Source: a bacterium
GTDB taxonomy: Bacteria > Bdellovibrionota_C > UBA2361 > RFPC01
Reading direction: 5' to 3'
Length of the DNA: 64,000 nucleotides
NCBI GenBank assembly: GCA_009926305.1
Contig: RFPC01000002.1
Span: forward strand, 1,932-65,931
Shown here in pieces: positions 48,884 to 59,117 of the stretch. The position numbers were made by a program, and so were the translations under genes. Position 1 is the first letter of the stretch; each line of letters starts with the position of its first letter. The notes under the pieces are model-generated. The model ran no database searches. It saw only the letters and a program-made list of their open reading frames with translations, and was not told the origin of the DNA.

Positions 48884-50839
48884 CTACGTTACCAGAAAAC
48901 GTGTAATGTGAAATGCGGCATAGGCAGCGCCGTAAGCCAAAAGCGACATGTAGACAAACTGAAAAATTGGCCAGCGATATGAATTCGTTTCCTTTGCCGT
49001 CATCGCCTGTGTCGGCAAACACTGCATCGCTAAAACAAAAAAGACAAGGAGGCTAATAGCAGTTGGCAGGTTAAATAGGGGACTCCCGTCTTGCCTCTTC
49101 ATGGAGCGCAGTGAAGAAATCAATCCTTCAGAGTCATCACTCTCTTCATTACCGATACCACTCATTACGGCAAGTGAAGATACGACAACTTCACGGGCAG
49201 CAAAGGACGTAAGAACTCCAACACTGATTCTCCAATCAAAACCAAGTGGTTCAAACACTGGCTCTATTCCCTTCCCTATTCTTCCTACATAAGAATACTC
49301 AAGCTCAGCTTGCTCAGTCCTTGGACCAGAATAATCTTCGGGAAGTTGTGGGAAGCTGGCAAGGCACCAGAGCACCAGAGAGATCGTTAAAATAATCGTT
49401 CCTGCTTGTCGTAAAAAAATCATCCCACGGTCAAATGCAAGCTTTGCGGCATCTCGCATGCTCGGCATCCGATATGGCGGCAACTCAATGGCAAGAGCTG
49501 TGGGCTTACCGGGCAGTATGGAGCACTGTAGGAGAAGTGACATACTCACTGCCGCCAGCGCACCAAGAGCATATCCACCGACAAACACGCTCGCTCCTCC
49601 AAGTGGATTACCGGCAAAAACCAGAGTTGCAATCATCAGATATACGGGCAACCGAGCTGAGCAAGTTAGCAGGGGTAAAATCAGAATCGTTCTCAACCTG
49701 TCTCGCTTATTCTCGATGAGGCGGGTAGACATAATCGCTGGAACGGCGCAGGCATGGGCGGCCAACATCGGAACGAACGCTTGTCCTGGAAGCCCAAATC
49801 TCCGCATAAGCTTATCCATCACAACGACTGCTCGAGAAAGATAGCCAGAATCTTCTAAAAGAGCGATTCCGAAAAAGAGCATACAAATCTGCGGAAGAAA
49901 AATGACTACGCCCCCAATGCCAGCAATTACTCCATCTGCAATGAAACTGCCTAAAAGACCTGTAGGAAATTGAATCTGTACCTGCTCAACAAGTAGTCCA
50001 ATCATGGAATCTATCAAATCCATTGGATACACTGCGAGACTAAAGACCGAGAAAAACAAACCCGCCATGACAAGAAAAAATATGGGGAGACCAAGAAATG
50101 GGGCGGTTACTATCTTATCAAGCGCATCTGAACGTCTTGAGACTGATGCATGAAGATTCGGGACGGCTCTATCAACAACTGCATCAGCCCATCTACAGCG
50201 AGCGGTAACACGACACCCTGTGCATGATGAACAATGCGCGAGCGCAGGAGGGGCGCCCTCTAGCGACTTGCTGTCCTCTCCTAGAGCTCTCTCCACAACA
50301 TCTACGAGCGCATCAATTCCTGTTCCGCGCCTCGCTGAAACTGGTACCACTTGTACTCCCAGCTCTTCTGATAAGACATCAAGATTAATTTCAATTCGCT
50401 TACGGCGTGCCTCATCAATCATATTAAGCGCGACAACAACAGGAATGTCCTGATTACGAAGCTCTCCAGCTAAGGGCAAGTGATGTGGCAACCGAGTGGC
50501 ATCAAGTACAATCACCATCAGATCAGGCTTCGCTAATCTGGGATTTTCTCCGAGAATAGCCGAACGAGCTACGACTTGATCAAGACTCTCTCCCTCTAGC
50601 CCGTAGAGCCCTGGAAGATCTATTAATTCAAGAGGACCAGAAAGGAGCTCCAATCGAGCCCGACGGACTTCGACAGTTGTCCCTGGAAAGTTTGCGGTAT
50701 GACCCCTGAGCCCTGTGAGGCGATTAAAAAGTGATGTCTTTCCAGCATTGGGTTGCCCAGCCAACACTACAGTTTTCGGACGCAGTGGGGCAGACACATG
50801 AGGCGGATCATCAGGGAGAATATCAAGCAATGCGCTCAC
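48884..50839 (-). CDS. feoB: ferrous iron transporter B
   Basis: 'GQPNAGKTSLFNRLTG...ANFPGTTVE' G-domain and polytopic C-terminal permease. 651 aa. Confidence 0.95.
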   Translation of the reverse strand: MSALLDILPDDPPHVSAPLRPKTVVLAGQPNAGKTSLFNRLTGLRGHTANFPGTTVEVRRARLELLSGPLELIDLPGLYGLEGESLDQVVARSAILGENPRLAKPDLMVIVLDATRLPHHLPLAGELRNQDIPVVVALNMIDEARRKRIEINLDVLSEELGVQVVPVSARRGTGIDALVDVVERALGEDSKSLEGAPPALAHCSSCTGCRVTARCRWADAVVDRAVPNLHASVSRRSDALDKIVTAPFLGLPIFFLVMAGLFFSVFSLAVYPMDLIDSMIGLLVEQVQIQFPTGLLGSFIADGVIAGIGGVVIFLPQICMLFFGIALLEDSGYLSRAVVVMDKLMRRFGLPGQAFVPMLAAHACAVPAIMSTRLIENKRDRLRTILILPLLTCSARLPVYLMIATLVFAGNPLGGASVFVGGYALGALAAVSMSLLLQCSILPGKPTALAIELPPYRMPSMRDAAKLAFDRGMIFLRQAGTIILTISLVLWCLASFPQLPEDYSGPRTEQAELEYSYVGRIGKGIEPVFEPLGFDWRISVGVLTSFAAREVVVSSLAVMSGIGNEESDDSEGLISSLRSMKRQDGSPLFNLPTAISLLVFFVLAMQCLPTQAMTAKETNSYRWPIFQFVYMSLLAYGAAYAAFHITRFLVT

Positions 50840-51090
50840 TGGCGTATCTCCTCTTCACGCACGATATAGATCTTTGCGGCCAACCGTTCGTCGATCGCAA
50901 TCCTTGCACCAGCAGTTGATATGATACACCCATGACCTTTTCGCATCAGCGTAATTCTTCTTCCCGGTGTTAATCCGAGCCGTAAGAGTCTTCCATTATC
51001 TTCTGGTTCCACTTCAAGTGTATCCACCACCCCTTCTTGACCGGGTGAAAGTTCAAGTAAACTGCAAGCAAGATGACACTGATCAGACAT
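50836..51090 (-). CDS. feoA: ferrous iron transport protein A
   Basis: 84-aa SH3-like FeoA (LSPGQEGVVDTLE...GLTPGRRITLMRKG). 4-nt overlap with feoB. Confidence 0.8.
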   Translation of the reverse strand: MSDQCHLACSLLELSPGQEGVVDTLEVEPEDNGRLLRLGLTPGRRITLMRKGHGCIISTAGARIAIDERLAAKIYIVREEEIRQ

Positions 51091-51239
51091 CTACATTCGT
51101 CCTAACACACAAATACTTAGGCAATAAAAGCGACTCTTTGGTATGCCAAGTAAGAGTAGCCCATCTATAAAGTGAAGCAAACACTGGAACCCAAAAAAGG
51201 GCGTTTATGTGAGCAGAAGGAATATACAAATCAATATTA

Positions 51240-53484
51240 TTAGCTAGTTATCAAAGAATCACTTAATGGCGGACGAAGCAAAATTCCTCTTGCCTCATAC
51301 GCAGTGCGCGCGAGGTCGGGATGACTCTCGCGCAGCCTCGAAAGTTGGTGGAGGTGGTCTGCGGTCTGAGTAATCAAACGAGCCGCATCACCTTCTGCAA
51401 CACCTGCAAGCTTTAGGAGCGATGAAAAGCTCGACCAGTTCTCTGCATGCATCCAGGTGTGTACTGTCAACGCCCCATCAGGCAACACCTCAATCTCAGA
51501 AGCAGTAGTTGGTCCATTGTAAACGTGCTGCACTCGTTCGACGACGGTCTCTAAAGACTGAAACGCCTCTTTCGGAACCGGATTCGGTGCCAAAGAGAAA
51601 TAATTTCTATGACCGTCACCAGCTATCGAACCAACAAGACATGCTAGCTCGTTCTCACTTCTCTCGAAAAAAAGTCCTTCCTCTATCGCCTCGGCAAGAT
51701 GGAGAACAAGACTTGTACACAACTCGGCAGCCCAGAGTCCTTTTTCAGTCAAGCCCTGCTCATCAAGATGCCCGAGGTCACGAAGCCCTTTCAAGGAAAG
51801 CTCTAGCTGAATTTCTTGATATAACTCCAACCGTTCCGCATCTCGAACGGTACGTCGAATCCTCTTTTCAACTTTTTTCAGTTCTTTAACAGGGAGAGGA
51901 TTTGCTTGCAGCTGTGACTGCATACTCTCTGACTCTCGACGAAGCTCCTTCGCTCTTTTTCTGTCGTAAAATCCAGCTAAGCTCCTCTCAACGGTATAAC
52001 GCAAATCATCTACACTTCTAAATTTTAATAAATTCAGCACAGTCGCTGGGGCTGCAAAATATGCCGAGCGGAGTGGATCTGGAGGACGATGAGCTAATCC
52101 ATGAATAACTCGTGCATCAGAAAACTGACCAGGCGCTACTAAACACACACCTACCGAATCCTTACCTCGACGACCAGCCCGCCCCGCCATCTGTTGAAAC
52201 TCAGATGGACTAAAGTCTACAAAGCCCTCATTCCCCCGGCGACTATGCGCCGTTACGATTACTGAACGAGCAGGAAAGTCAACACCCGCTGCAACGGTTC
52301 CAGTCGCAACCATCAAACGAAGTAGCCCTCCAGACATTAACTCTTCAAGCAATAAACGCCACTGCAACAGTTGACCAGCATGATGAGCTCCTGCAGCTGT
52401 ACGGAGGAGCGCTGGGTAGTGTGGATGTTCTTCTATAATCTCTCGCTCTATTCCATACTTTTCGATTACGGCATTACACTTCTGCTCAATACGTAGCCGG
52501 GCTTCACGCTCAACCAGCCCAACCTTTGAGCCATTCAATCGTTCAATATCTTCATCACACTGTTTCCGAGAGGACCGGAAAAGAATTGCAGGCAAAAGAT
52601 CATCTGCATGTAGCTCAGAAAGTATCTGAGTAACGGGAAATCCCCTAAAAAAGTGAAAACGATTATCAACGCCGGCCACGACCTCGCCCTCCCTTCTTCC
52701 GAGCATTCGAGGAACGCCTCCCTGGTGACCGTCCATGACCACTAGACCGTCCTCTACTTCCTCGCTCCGAACGTTTTTCACCAGAGCTATAGAACTCGCG
52801 AACCTCCCTCAAGAGCCGACCCTTCTCGTCCTCAAGAGGGATAACTCCTAATTGTGGATGCAAAAAGCCATATCGCAACTCTACAGGCCGATCCTTTTCG
52901 ACAATGACTTCACACGGCTTCCCTCGAACTTCAAGCAGCCATTCAGCTATCTCATTCGGATTCGAAATTGACGCTGAGAGCATCAACAGCGTTGAATCCT
53001 TCGGGGTGAGAATAATGCTCTCCTCCCAGACAGCCCCTCTTTGAGAGTCTGATATAAAGTGAACCTCATCGAGCACAACGAGTGAGTACCGAGCATGAAC
53101 ATGATACAGTTCATTGCGATAGATCTCAGTAGTAGCGATCACAACATCGGCATTGGTCTCTATTTTTCGATCCCCTGTGAGCAAACCGACAGAATACTGC
53201 GGCTCAAAAATTTTCCGTAACTCGTTAAATTTTGTATTCGAAAGGGCTTTTAACGGCGTCGTATACACAGCACGCAGTCCCATCCTTAAGCACGCCCGAA
53301 TACTTTCAATAGCGATATAGGTCTTGCCAGCACCCGTAGGCGCCACGACCAGTGTGTCCTTGCTTTCGCTCACATTTGAGATAGCGAGCAATTGAAACGG
53401 ATCCGCCTTGAATTCAGACGGCTCAGGCACCCCTATGCCCGATAGAAAATCCTCTCTCGCCTTCTTAATAAACGTATTTCTCAT
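51240..53484 (-). pseudogene. DEAD/DEAH-box (Ski2/Lhr-like) superfamily-2 helicase split into two overlapping ORFs (52666-53484 and 51240-52781) by an apparent frameshift
   Basis: N-terminal piece has motif I 'APTGAGKTYIA' and motif II 'VVLDEVHF'. C-terminal piece has 'RFHFFRGFP' and motif VI 'QMAGRAGRRGKD'. The pieces overlap by 116 nt in different frames, and the tail of the N-ORF is low-complexity RG-rich, which looks like an out-of-frame read. Confidence 0.6.
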
Positions 53485-53496
53485 TTCTTCTCAAAA

Positions 53497-54264
53497 CTAG
53501 GACAGATCAAATCGACAACTTACAAATCTTTTTACTTCCATACTCGCATCAGAGCGCAACTCTTGTAATGTCCCATCGAAAACAATTTGACCGTTAAACA
53601 GCGCTATAATTCGCGAACAGATCGGTAGCAAACGGCGTAGGTCATGGCTAACTAATATCATCGAGGTTCCAAGACTCTGATGCAATGACACAATAAGAGC
53701 CATTATCACACTACTCGCTACGGGATCTAATCCAGAGGTTGGATCATCCAGTAAAGCGACCTCAGGCTCATTCACCAGTGCTCGAGCAAGAGAAACCCTT
53801 CGTCTCATCCCACCACTCAGCTGAGCGGGATATTTATGTCCGTGCCTGAACAAACCGACCTTTTTCAAAATGGCCCCAACCTTCCCGGATAACATGATTT
53901 TCTCTTCCGTCTTCAGGGTGGAGCTCGGAACCCTTCCTTGCACCAAAGGAAAGGCAATATTATCGAGCACAGATACTGAGTCAAATAAGGCCCCTTCCTG
54001 AAACATGAAGCTGACACTCCCCTCGTCTGAAAGGTAGCGACGAACTTCACCCTCCGTTGGTTGCAAAACATTGGACAGCATCTTCAACAGTACACTTTTT
54101 CCGCCGCCGGAAGGCCCTATTAATCCGACGATCTCTCCCCGACACAACTTCAGATCGACTCCCGACAGAACTCGAAGCGATCCAAACTGTTGCAACAAAC
54201 CACTGGCCTCTAACACAACCTCTGATGTCGATTCAGCACTATTTGACATCGTCTCCGTTAACAT
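53497..54264 (-). CDS. ABC transporter ATP-binding protein (MlaF-like size)
   Basis: Walker A 'GPSGGGKSVLL', signature 'LSGGMRRRVSLARAL', Walker B 'LLDDPTSGLD'. 255 aa. Confidence 0.85.
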   Translation of the reverse strand: MLTETMSNSAESTSEVVLEASGLLQQFGSLRVLSGVDLKLCRGEIVGLIGPSGGGKSVLLKMLSNVLQPTEGEVRRYLSDEGSVSFMFQEGALFDSVSVLDNIAFPLVQGRVPSSTLKTEEKIMLSGKVGAILKKVGLFRHGHKYPAQLSGGMRRRVSLARALVNEPEVALLDDPTSGLDPVASSVIMALIVSLHQSLGTSMILVSHDLRRLLPICSRIIALFNGQIVFDGTLQELRSDASMEVKRFVSCRFDLS

Positions 54265-55805
54265 GAATCCCCGTCATCAAGCGCTTTGCATACGATCTGC
54301 GACAAATCCTCTACCGTAAACGGTTTCAACATGAAGTAGGTACTCGGTTCACTAAGAATTTTATCGACGGCCTCTTCTCGGCTATATCCACTCATAACTA
54401 CAACAGGTAGCTTTGGTCTTAGACCTCTTAGCCGTTCAAACAACTCATCCCCTGATAAATGCGGCATTAACATGTCAAGCACTGCAAGATCATACTCATG
54501 AGAATGATCTTCGAGATATAGCAAGGCTTCCCTCGGGTCTGAAGTCTCATCAACTTCATATCCAAGATGTCTCAGGCTCATTGCTACGACGCTTCGCACA
54601 GAGTCCTCATCATCAACAACAAGAACACGCTGCGCATTCCCTCTTGCAATCTCCGGCGACTGACCGCGATCCTCACCATCGATGACTGAGGCTTCATTTT
54701 CATTGGGTTCGCGCAGAAAAATCCGTATTGCACTTCCTTCTCCCGGCTGACTCTCAATTTCGAGCATCCCCCCATACGACTCGGTTATAGCTACGACGGT
54801 GGAGAGTCCAAGCCCTGTTCCTCGGTCACCCTTGGTCGAAAAGTATGGTTCAAGCGCCTTCCTCTGCACCCTCTCACTCATTCCGATACCATCGTCTATA
54901 ACCTCGAGAATGACATACTGGGCATTTCTCTCCTCAGGCTCCAAGTCCGGAATTGGTGGAATATCATCAGGCTCTGCCACTCTGACTCGAACCGCTACCT
55001 GCCCCCCATCTCCATGCTCAATAGCATCTCTTGCATTGACTACAAGGTTCACCAGTATTTGCGCTAGTTTTCCAGCTGCGCCTTGAACGAAAACCGCCGC
55101 CTCTGGAACATCTAAGGTAAGCTCAATACGAGATGTCAGAGCTCCTCGCAATAACGGAACGGTACTTAAGACAAGCTCTACGAGATCAGTTACGAGATTC
55201 TCGTTTTCTGTCTCATACTTGGAAAAGTCAAGGATCTGCTTCGTTAAGGTCGATGCCTTCTTTGATCCATTAGTAATTGCTTCCAGGCTCTCCTGATGAG
55301 CACCTTCCTCGGGCAAAATTGCCTTTAAAAAAGTAATGTGGCCAAGAATGCCTGCTAAAACATTATTAAAATCATGTGCTACGCTTCCCGCCAACATTCC
55401 CAATGTTTGCAGCCGTTGTTGATGAAAAAACTCATCGGCTTCATCTGCAATAGAACACCGAAGCAGAAAGATTTCCTTACCCAAGTGAACGCACTGCACA
55501 TCCACTTCGATTGACTCACCATCAACAAAGAATTGCTCCTGGCGTTCTATCGGCTGCAAAGGAAACTCAGTAACTTGAGGCCATAACTCGACGAGCGGCG
55601 GACATTCAGCGCGTTGAGCCCCCTCATAAAATGATGTGAGAAACCCCTCAGAGAGCCCGAGGACTTGGCGGTTTCCATCGAGGAGCAGCAAAGGCTCCTG
55701 GACTGCTTCGCAAAGAGTGACGAGCGTTTGGACCGTACCCGAAGATTCAGCATCAACCGAACAGGACTGACCAGCAGATTTCTCAGACAAGATTTCCTCT
55801 CCCAA
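54258..55805 (-). CDS. hybrid sensor histidine kinase / response regulator
   Basis: HisKA H-box 'HDFNNVLAGILGH', HATPase 'GTGLGLSTV', C-terminal receiver domain ('VLVVDDEDSVR...LAVLDMLMP'). 515 aa. Confidence 0.85.
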   Translation of the reverse strand: MGEEILSEKSAGQSCSVDAESSGTVQTLVTLCEAVQEPLLLLDGNRQVLGLSEGFLTSFYEGAQRAECPPLVELWPQVTEFPLQPIERQEQFFVDGESIEVDVQCVHLGKEIFLLRCSIADEADEFFHQQRLQTLGMLAGSVAHDFNNVLAGILGHITFLKAILPEEGAHQESLEAITNGSKKASTLTKQILDFSKYETENENLVTDLVELVLSTVPLLRGALTSRIELTLDVPEAAVFVQGAAGKLAQILVNLVVNARDAIEHGDGGQVAVRVRVAEPDDIPPIPDLEPEERNAQYVILEVIDDGIGMSERVQRKALEPYFSTKGDRGTGLGLSTVVAITESYGGMLEIESQPGEGSAIRIFLREPNENEASVIDGEDRGQSPEIARGNAQRVLVVDDEDSVRSVVAMSLRHLGYEVDETSDPREALLYLEDHSHEYDLAVLDMLMPHLSGDELFERLRGLRPKLPVVVMSGYSREEAVDKILSEPSTYFMLKPFTVEDLSQIVCKALDDGDSC

Positions 55806-56044
55806 AAAGTGGCTGTATGACCGAGCACTTATTATTGTTCATGCTCCTCGTATCGAACACCACCCCCTCTTATCGTACTACCTGATTTCAAGCAGTTACG
55901 CTACTCACTATCACGGCGGGATAACTCTAAGCCTCAATTGATAAAAAAACAGGAAAAAATTAACCGCTATAACCACGTTATTTCAGGAGGTTACCCTTAC
56001 TCTGGGGTGTACATCTCCAGTGCTTTGGAACCATTCGGACTCAG

Positions 56045-56132
56045 TGTGAATCTTAAACTCCGTACGTTGTAATCACATCGAAGTACGGAAAGAGGTTTTA
56101 ACAGGACGTAAAGACAGTGGGTCACGGAGTTT
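56045..56132 (+). promoter_or_regulatory. structured 5' leader of the cold-shock gene: nested hairpins ending at the Shine-Dalgarno
   Basis: 'aaactccgt' (56045-53) is perfectly complementary to 'acggagttt' (56124-32), directly 5' of the GAGG RBS. An inner 7-bp hairpin tccgtac/gtacgga sits at 56049-56079. Confidence 0.3.
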
Positions 56133-56138
56133 AGAGGT

Positions 56139-56573
56139 ATGAATACTACTACAGAACGAGGAACCGTTAAGTGGTTCAATGATGCTAAGGGTTTCGGTTT
56201 CATTAATCATAGCACAGGAGAAGATGTGTTTGTTCACTTCTCGGTCATCGAATCAGAAGGATTTAAAACACTGAAAGATGGTGAGATTGTTGAGTATGAA
56301 CTCACTCAAGGCCCGAAGGGTCTAAACGCCACACGAGTGACTCGAGTTGTTCCACCTCAAGCCACGGCAAGTGCTTCAGCAGAATCTGTAGAGCCATCAC
56401 TTGCCAGCCAGATTGAGGTTATCTCAATTAAGGAAGGACAGAAGGAAACTTCTATCTCTGAACTTGGAGATGAAGAGCTTGGCGATGAGACCGCTTCGAC
56501 AGACTCAGTAAATCCGAGCCTAGTTGCTGTCGCTGCTGCTAAGAAAGCAAACGAGAACAATCTCCTCTCTTAG
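56139..56573 (+). CDS. cold-shock domain protein (CspA family) with about 75-aa C-terminal extension
   Basis: '[15 protein letters not shown]' RNP1 and 'VFVHFS' RNP2 motifs. The C-terminal tail is Ser/Glu/Ala-rich. Confidence 0.9.
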   Translation: MNTTTERGTVKWFNDAKGFGFINHSTGEDVFVHFSVIESEGFKTLKDGEIVEYELTQGPKGLNATRVTRVVPPQATASASAESVEPSLASQIEVISIKEGQKETSISELGDEELGDETASTDSVNPSLVAVAAAKKANENNLLS

Positions 56574-56634
56574 GGCCATGCAGAGCGGGTCGATGAGGAC
56601 CGCTTGGTTACATGTCCATTCCTCTAATAAAAAA

Positions 56635-56666
56635 GCGCGGAAAGGCAGCCCTTTCCGCGCTTTTTT
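56635..56666. terminator. bidirectional Rho-independent terminator between convergent csp and ndk
   Basis: gcgcggaaagg-cagc-cctttccgcgc: 11-bp GC-rich stem with a 4-nt loop, A-run upstream and a T6 run downstream. Confidence 0.8.
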
Positions 56667-56695
56667 ACATGAAGCCAATCTCTCCAACGAACGAA

Positions 56696-57112
56696 CTACT
56701 CCGCTAGCTCAGGAAAGAAAAAGCTCACCTCGATTTTTGCGTTTTCAACGCTATCTGAACCATGGACTGCATTTGCCGAAATACTATCAGCAAAATCCGC
56801 TCGGATCGTGCCGGCATCGGCCTCCTGAGGATTCGTTGCACCCATTAACTTCCGATTTAATGCGACAGCCCCTTCGCCTTCAAGCACAGAGACGACAACC
56901 GGACCCGACACCATGTACTCCACGAGCTCTCCGTAAAAAGGTCGCTCCTTGTGTACCGCATAAAACTCTCCAGCTTGCGCCTCTGATAGGTGCATCATCC
57001 GCATGCCAGCAATCGTAAGTCCAGCTGACTCAAACCGCGATAGAATTTGCCCGATGACGTTCTTCTCAACGGCATCTGGTTTAATAATTGAAAGAGTTCG
57101 TTCAACAGCCAT
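56696..57112 (-). CDS. ndk: nucleoside diphosphate kinase
   Basis: '[12 protein letters not shown]' motif and 'NAVHGSDS' active-site His. 138 aa. Confidence 0.95.
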   Translation of the reverse strand: MAVERTLSIIKPDAVEKNVIGQILSRFESAGLTIAGMRMMHLSEAQAGEFYAVHKERPFYGELVEYMVSGPVVVSVLEGEGAVALNRKLMGATNPQEADAGTIRADFADSISANAVHGSDSVENAKIEVSFFFPELAE

Positions 57113-57171
57113 CTATATCTCCATCTTCGTTTCAGTAACGCCCCGTATCATAAGGACCTTTCCTGCTCTTG

Positions 57172-57672
57172 TCACCTATCCTTGAATTTTTTTGCCAGAG
57201 CCTCCTGCACAAATGGAGGAACTAACCCACTGACATCCCCACCATAGGGTGCTATCTGCTTGACGAGACTAGAACTTACATACGAATACCGCTCGCTGGT
57301 CATCAAGAAAAATGTCTCGATACTTGGTGATAATTGTCGGTTCATGAGAGCCATCTGTGCCTCATAATCAAAATCACTGGTCGCTCGAAGTCCTCGCAAT
57401 ATGACGTGCGTTCCCAGTTCTTCCACAAAATTGACCAATAATCCTGAAAAAGACTCAACCGATACGCGCCCAGGAAAATCAAGAACTCGCTCAATGAGAG
57501 AGACCCTCTCCTCTAAAGAAAAGAGCGTGTCCTTCTCAGGATTATGTAACACCGCAACTGTGATATGCTCAAAAATCTTTAGTCCTCGTGTCACGATATC
57601 AACATGCCCATTCGTGATCGGATCAAAAGAACCTGGAAAGATTGCTCTGTTTTCTCCAACTGGTGTCATCAT
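57172..57672 (-). CDS. coaD: phosphopantetheine adenylyltransferase
   Basis: 'AIFPGSFDPITNGHVDIV' signature. The long ORF extends to 57786; the family start corresponds to MMTPVGENRAIFPG. Confidence 0.9.
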   Translation of the reverse strand: MMTPVGENRAIFPGSFDPITNGHVDIVTRGLKIFEHITVAVLHNPEKDTLFSLEERVSLIERVLDFPGRVSVESFSGLLVNFVEELGTHVILRGLRATSDFDYEAQMALMNRQLSPSIETFFLMTSERYSYVSSSLVKQIAPYGGDVSGLVPPFVQEALAKKFKDR

Positions 57673-57852
57673 GCTCCCCTCGTCAGCTCTATCCCCATAT
57701 TCTCCATAACTTCCTCTCATGGAGTCTTTTCCTGAGCCATACCATAATCTTATTTCTGACCGTTGTCTTCTTGCCTCATAAACCATTAGTATTAGGAAAC
57801 TTTCTTGAATATAGTGGGCAACACATTATTGATAGTAAACTGAGCAGGGGTA

Positions 57853-58094
57853 TGGACTTACAAGAACTTTCTCGTAAACAGAAGCGCTTACACGATTGGT
57901 CACAGTTTCTGAAGGATGATGCAGAAGAAAACTCTCTTCGAATTCAAATGGCAGAACTTTTAAAACGGTATCGTAATATCCTTGCTCGGTGCTGGGAAGA
58001 GGAGTTCATCTCCGAAAATCAGAAAAAAACGATAGAAGATCTGGAACGTCAGTTAGAGCAAACGATGAATGACCTTCGACTGGCAGCAAGCTGA
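57853..58094 (+). CDS. hypothetical 80-aa coiled-coil protein
   Basis: GGGG RBS 5 nt upstream of ATG (MDLQELSRKQ...). Charged, helical. Divergent from coaD. Confidence 0.3.
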
Positions 58095-58223
58095 TGTAAA
58101 TCGTGCTTCAAACAGATATTGTCGCGTTCTCGTTCTTTTGTGCATATTAACGTGAGCCGCATTGAATGAACTATAAACTCTTACTTCGTAAAGGTAAGAA
58201 GCTACATTTAAAGATAGTGCAAC

Positions 58224-58607
58224 TTGAAGATGAGGTCCCCCTTGACTATGAGACCACTCAGAATCGAAAGACAAGAATTCAAAGGACTTCTTATTGAGTG
58301 GCCACAGCCATCTGGTCAGCTTCTCTTACCAGCTGAGCTTCTTCGACGTCATTGTCCGTGTGCAGTGTGCCGAGAAAAGCGTGGCGAGGGAAACCATGAT
58401 CATCCACTCACCCCTGCCAAGAAGAAGAGTCGACTCGAAGTAATCTCTCATTCAAAGGAAGAAGTCCTCGGACTGGAAAAGATATGGTCGGTTGGCAACT
58501 ATGCCATAGGCATTATGTGGAAGGATGGCCATGATGATGGGATTTTTACATTCGAGCTACTCAGCGAATTAACAACGATTGCGCGCTCGGATCTCAACAA
58601 TCAATAG
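58224..58607 (+). CDS. DUF971 family protein (gamma-butyrobetaine hydroxylase-like N-terminal domain)
   Basis: 'LLRRHCPCAVCRE' and 'WKDGHDDGIFTFELL' DUF971 motifs. 127 aa. Confidence 0.7.
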   Translation: MKMRSPLTMRPLRIERQEFKGLLIEWPQPSGQLLLPAELLRRHCPCAVCREKRGEGNHDHPLTPAKKKSRLEVISHSKEEVLGLEKIWSVGNYAIGIMWKDGHDDGIFTFELLSELTTIARSDLNNQ

Positions 58608-58722
58608 ACGGGCACTCAACCCTGAGAAAGAAAACACAGGCTATAGAAACAGCAACAACAAAAGCACGACCCGTAAACGAGGGATCTCGCCCATAACTCG
58701 GAATTCTCGTCGAGAAGAGTGT

Positions 58723-58995
58723 CTATTCCTCCTCTTGGCCTTTTGATTCAGCAAGAGGATTCTCCCCTGGCTTCGGCGCTTCTTTCAAACGCCGAACAAT
58801 CCGACCCTTGGAGAGGTCATAGGGGGAGATCTCTACTATAACATGGTCACCCGGCAGAACGCGGATATAGTACCTTCTCATCTTTCCAGCGAGGTACGCG
58901 AGTAGCTCGTGGCCATTATCGCACTCAACTCGGAAGGTTGTGTTCGGAAAACACTCCTTGATTACCCCATGCATTTCTATTGCGTCTTTTCCCAT
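58723..58995 (-). CDS. infA: translation initiation factor IF-1 with about 18-aa C-terminal extension
   Basis: '[39 protein letters not shown]' IF-1 S1-fold. 90 aa, against about 72 typical. Confidence 0.9.
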   Translation of the reverse strand: MGKDAIEMHGVIKECFPNTTFRVECDNGHELLAYLAGKMRRYYIRVLPGDHVIVEISPYDLSKGRIVRRLKEAPKPGENPLAESKGQEEE

Positions 58996-59117
58996 ATCTC
59001 TCCGTTTTCCTCTTCTATTCGACGCCTAAACGCCTCAAAAATTTTATCTGTTCTGCTTCTCTTCACACCGCGGCCGATAGGTCGACAAGTCCACTGACTC
59101 AATCACACCCCGCTTCA

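Noticed and set aside
51091-51239. Possible Fur box upstream of feoAB
   Set aside because: Only a weak partial match (aatcaatattatta) to the GATAATGATAATCATTATC consensus. Not convincing without a scoring matrix.
56524-57018. 164-aa + strand ORF overlapping csp 3' end, the terminator and antisense ndk
   Set aside because: Runs through a clear intrinsic terminator and antisense to ndk. Spurious.
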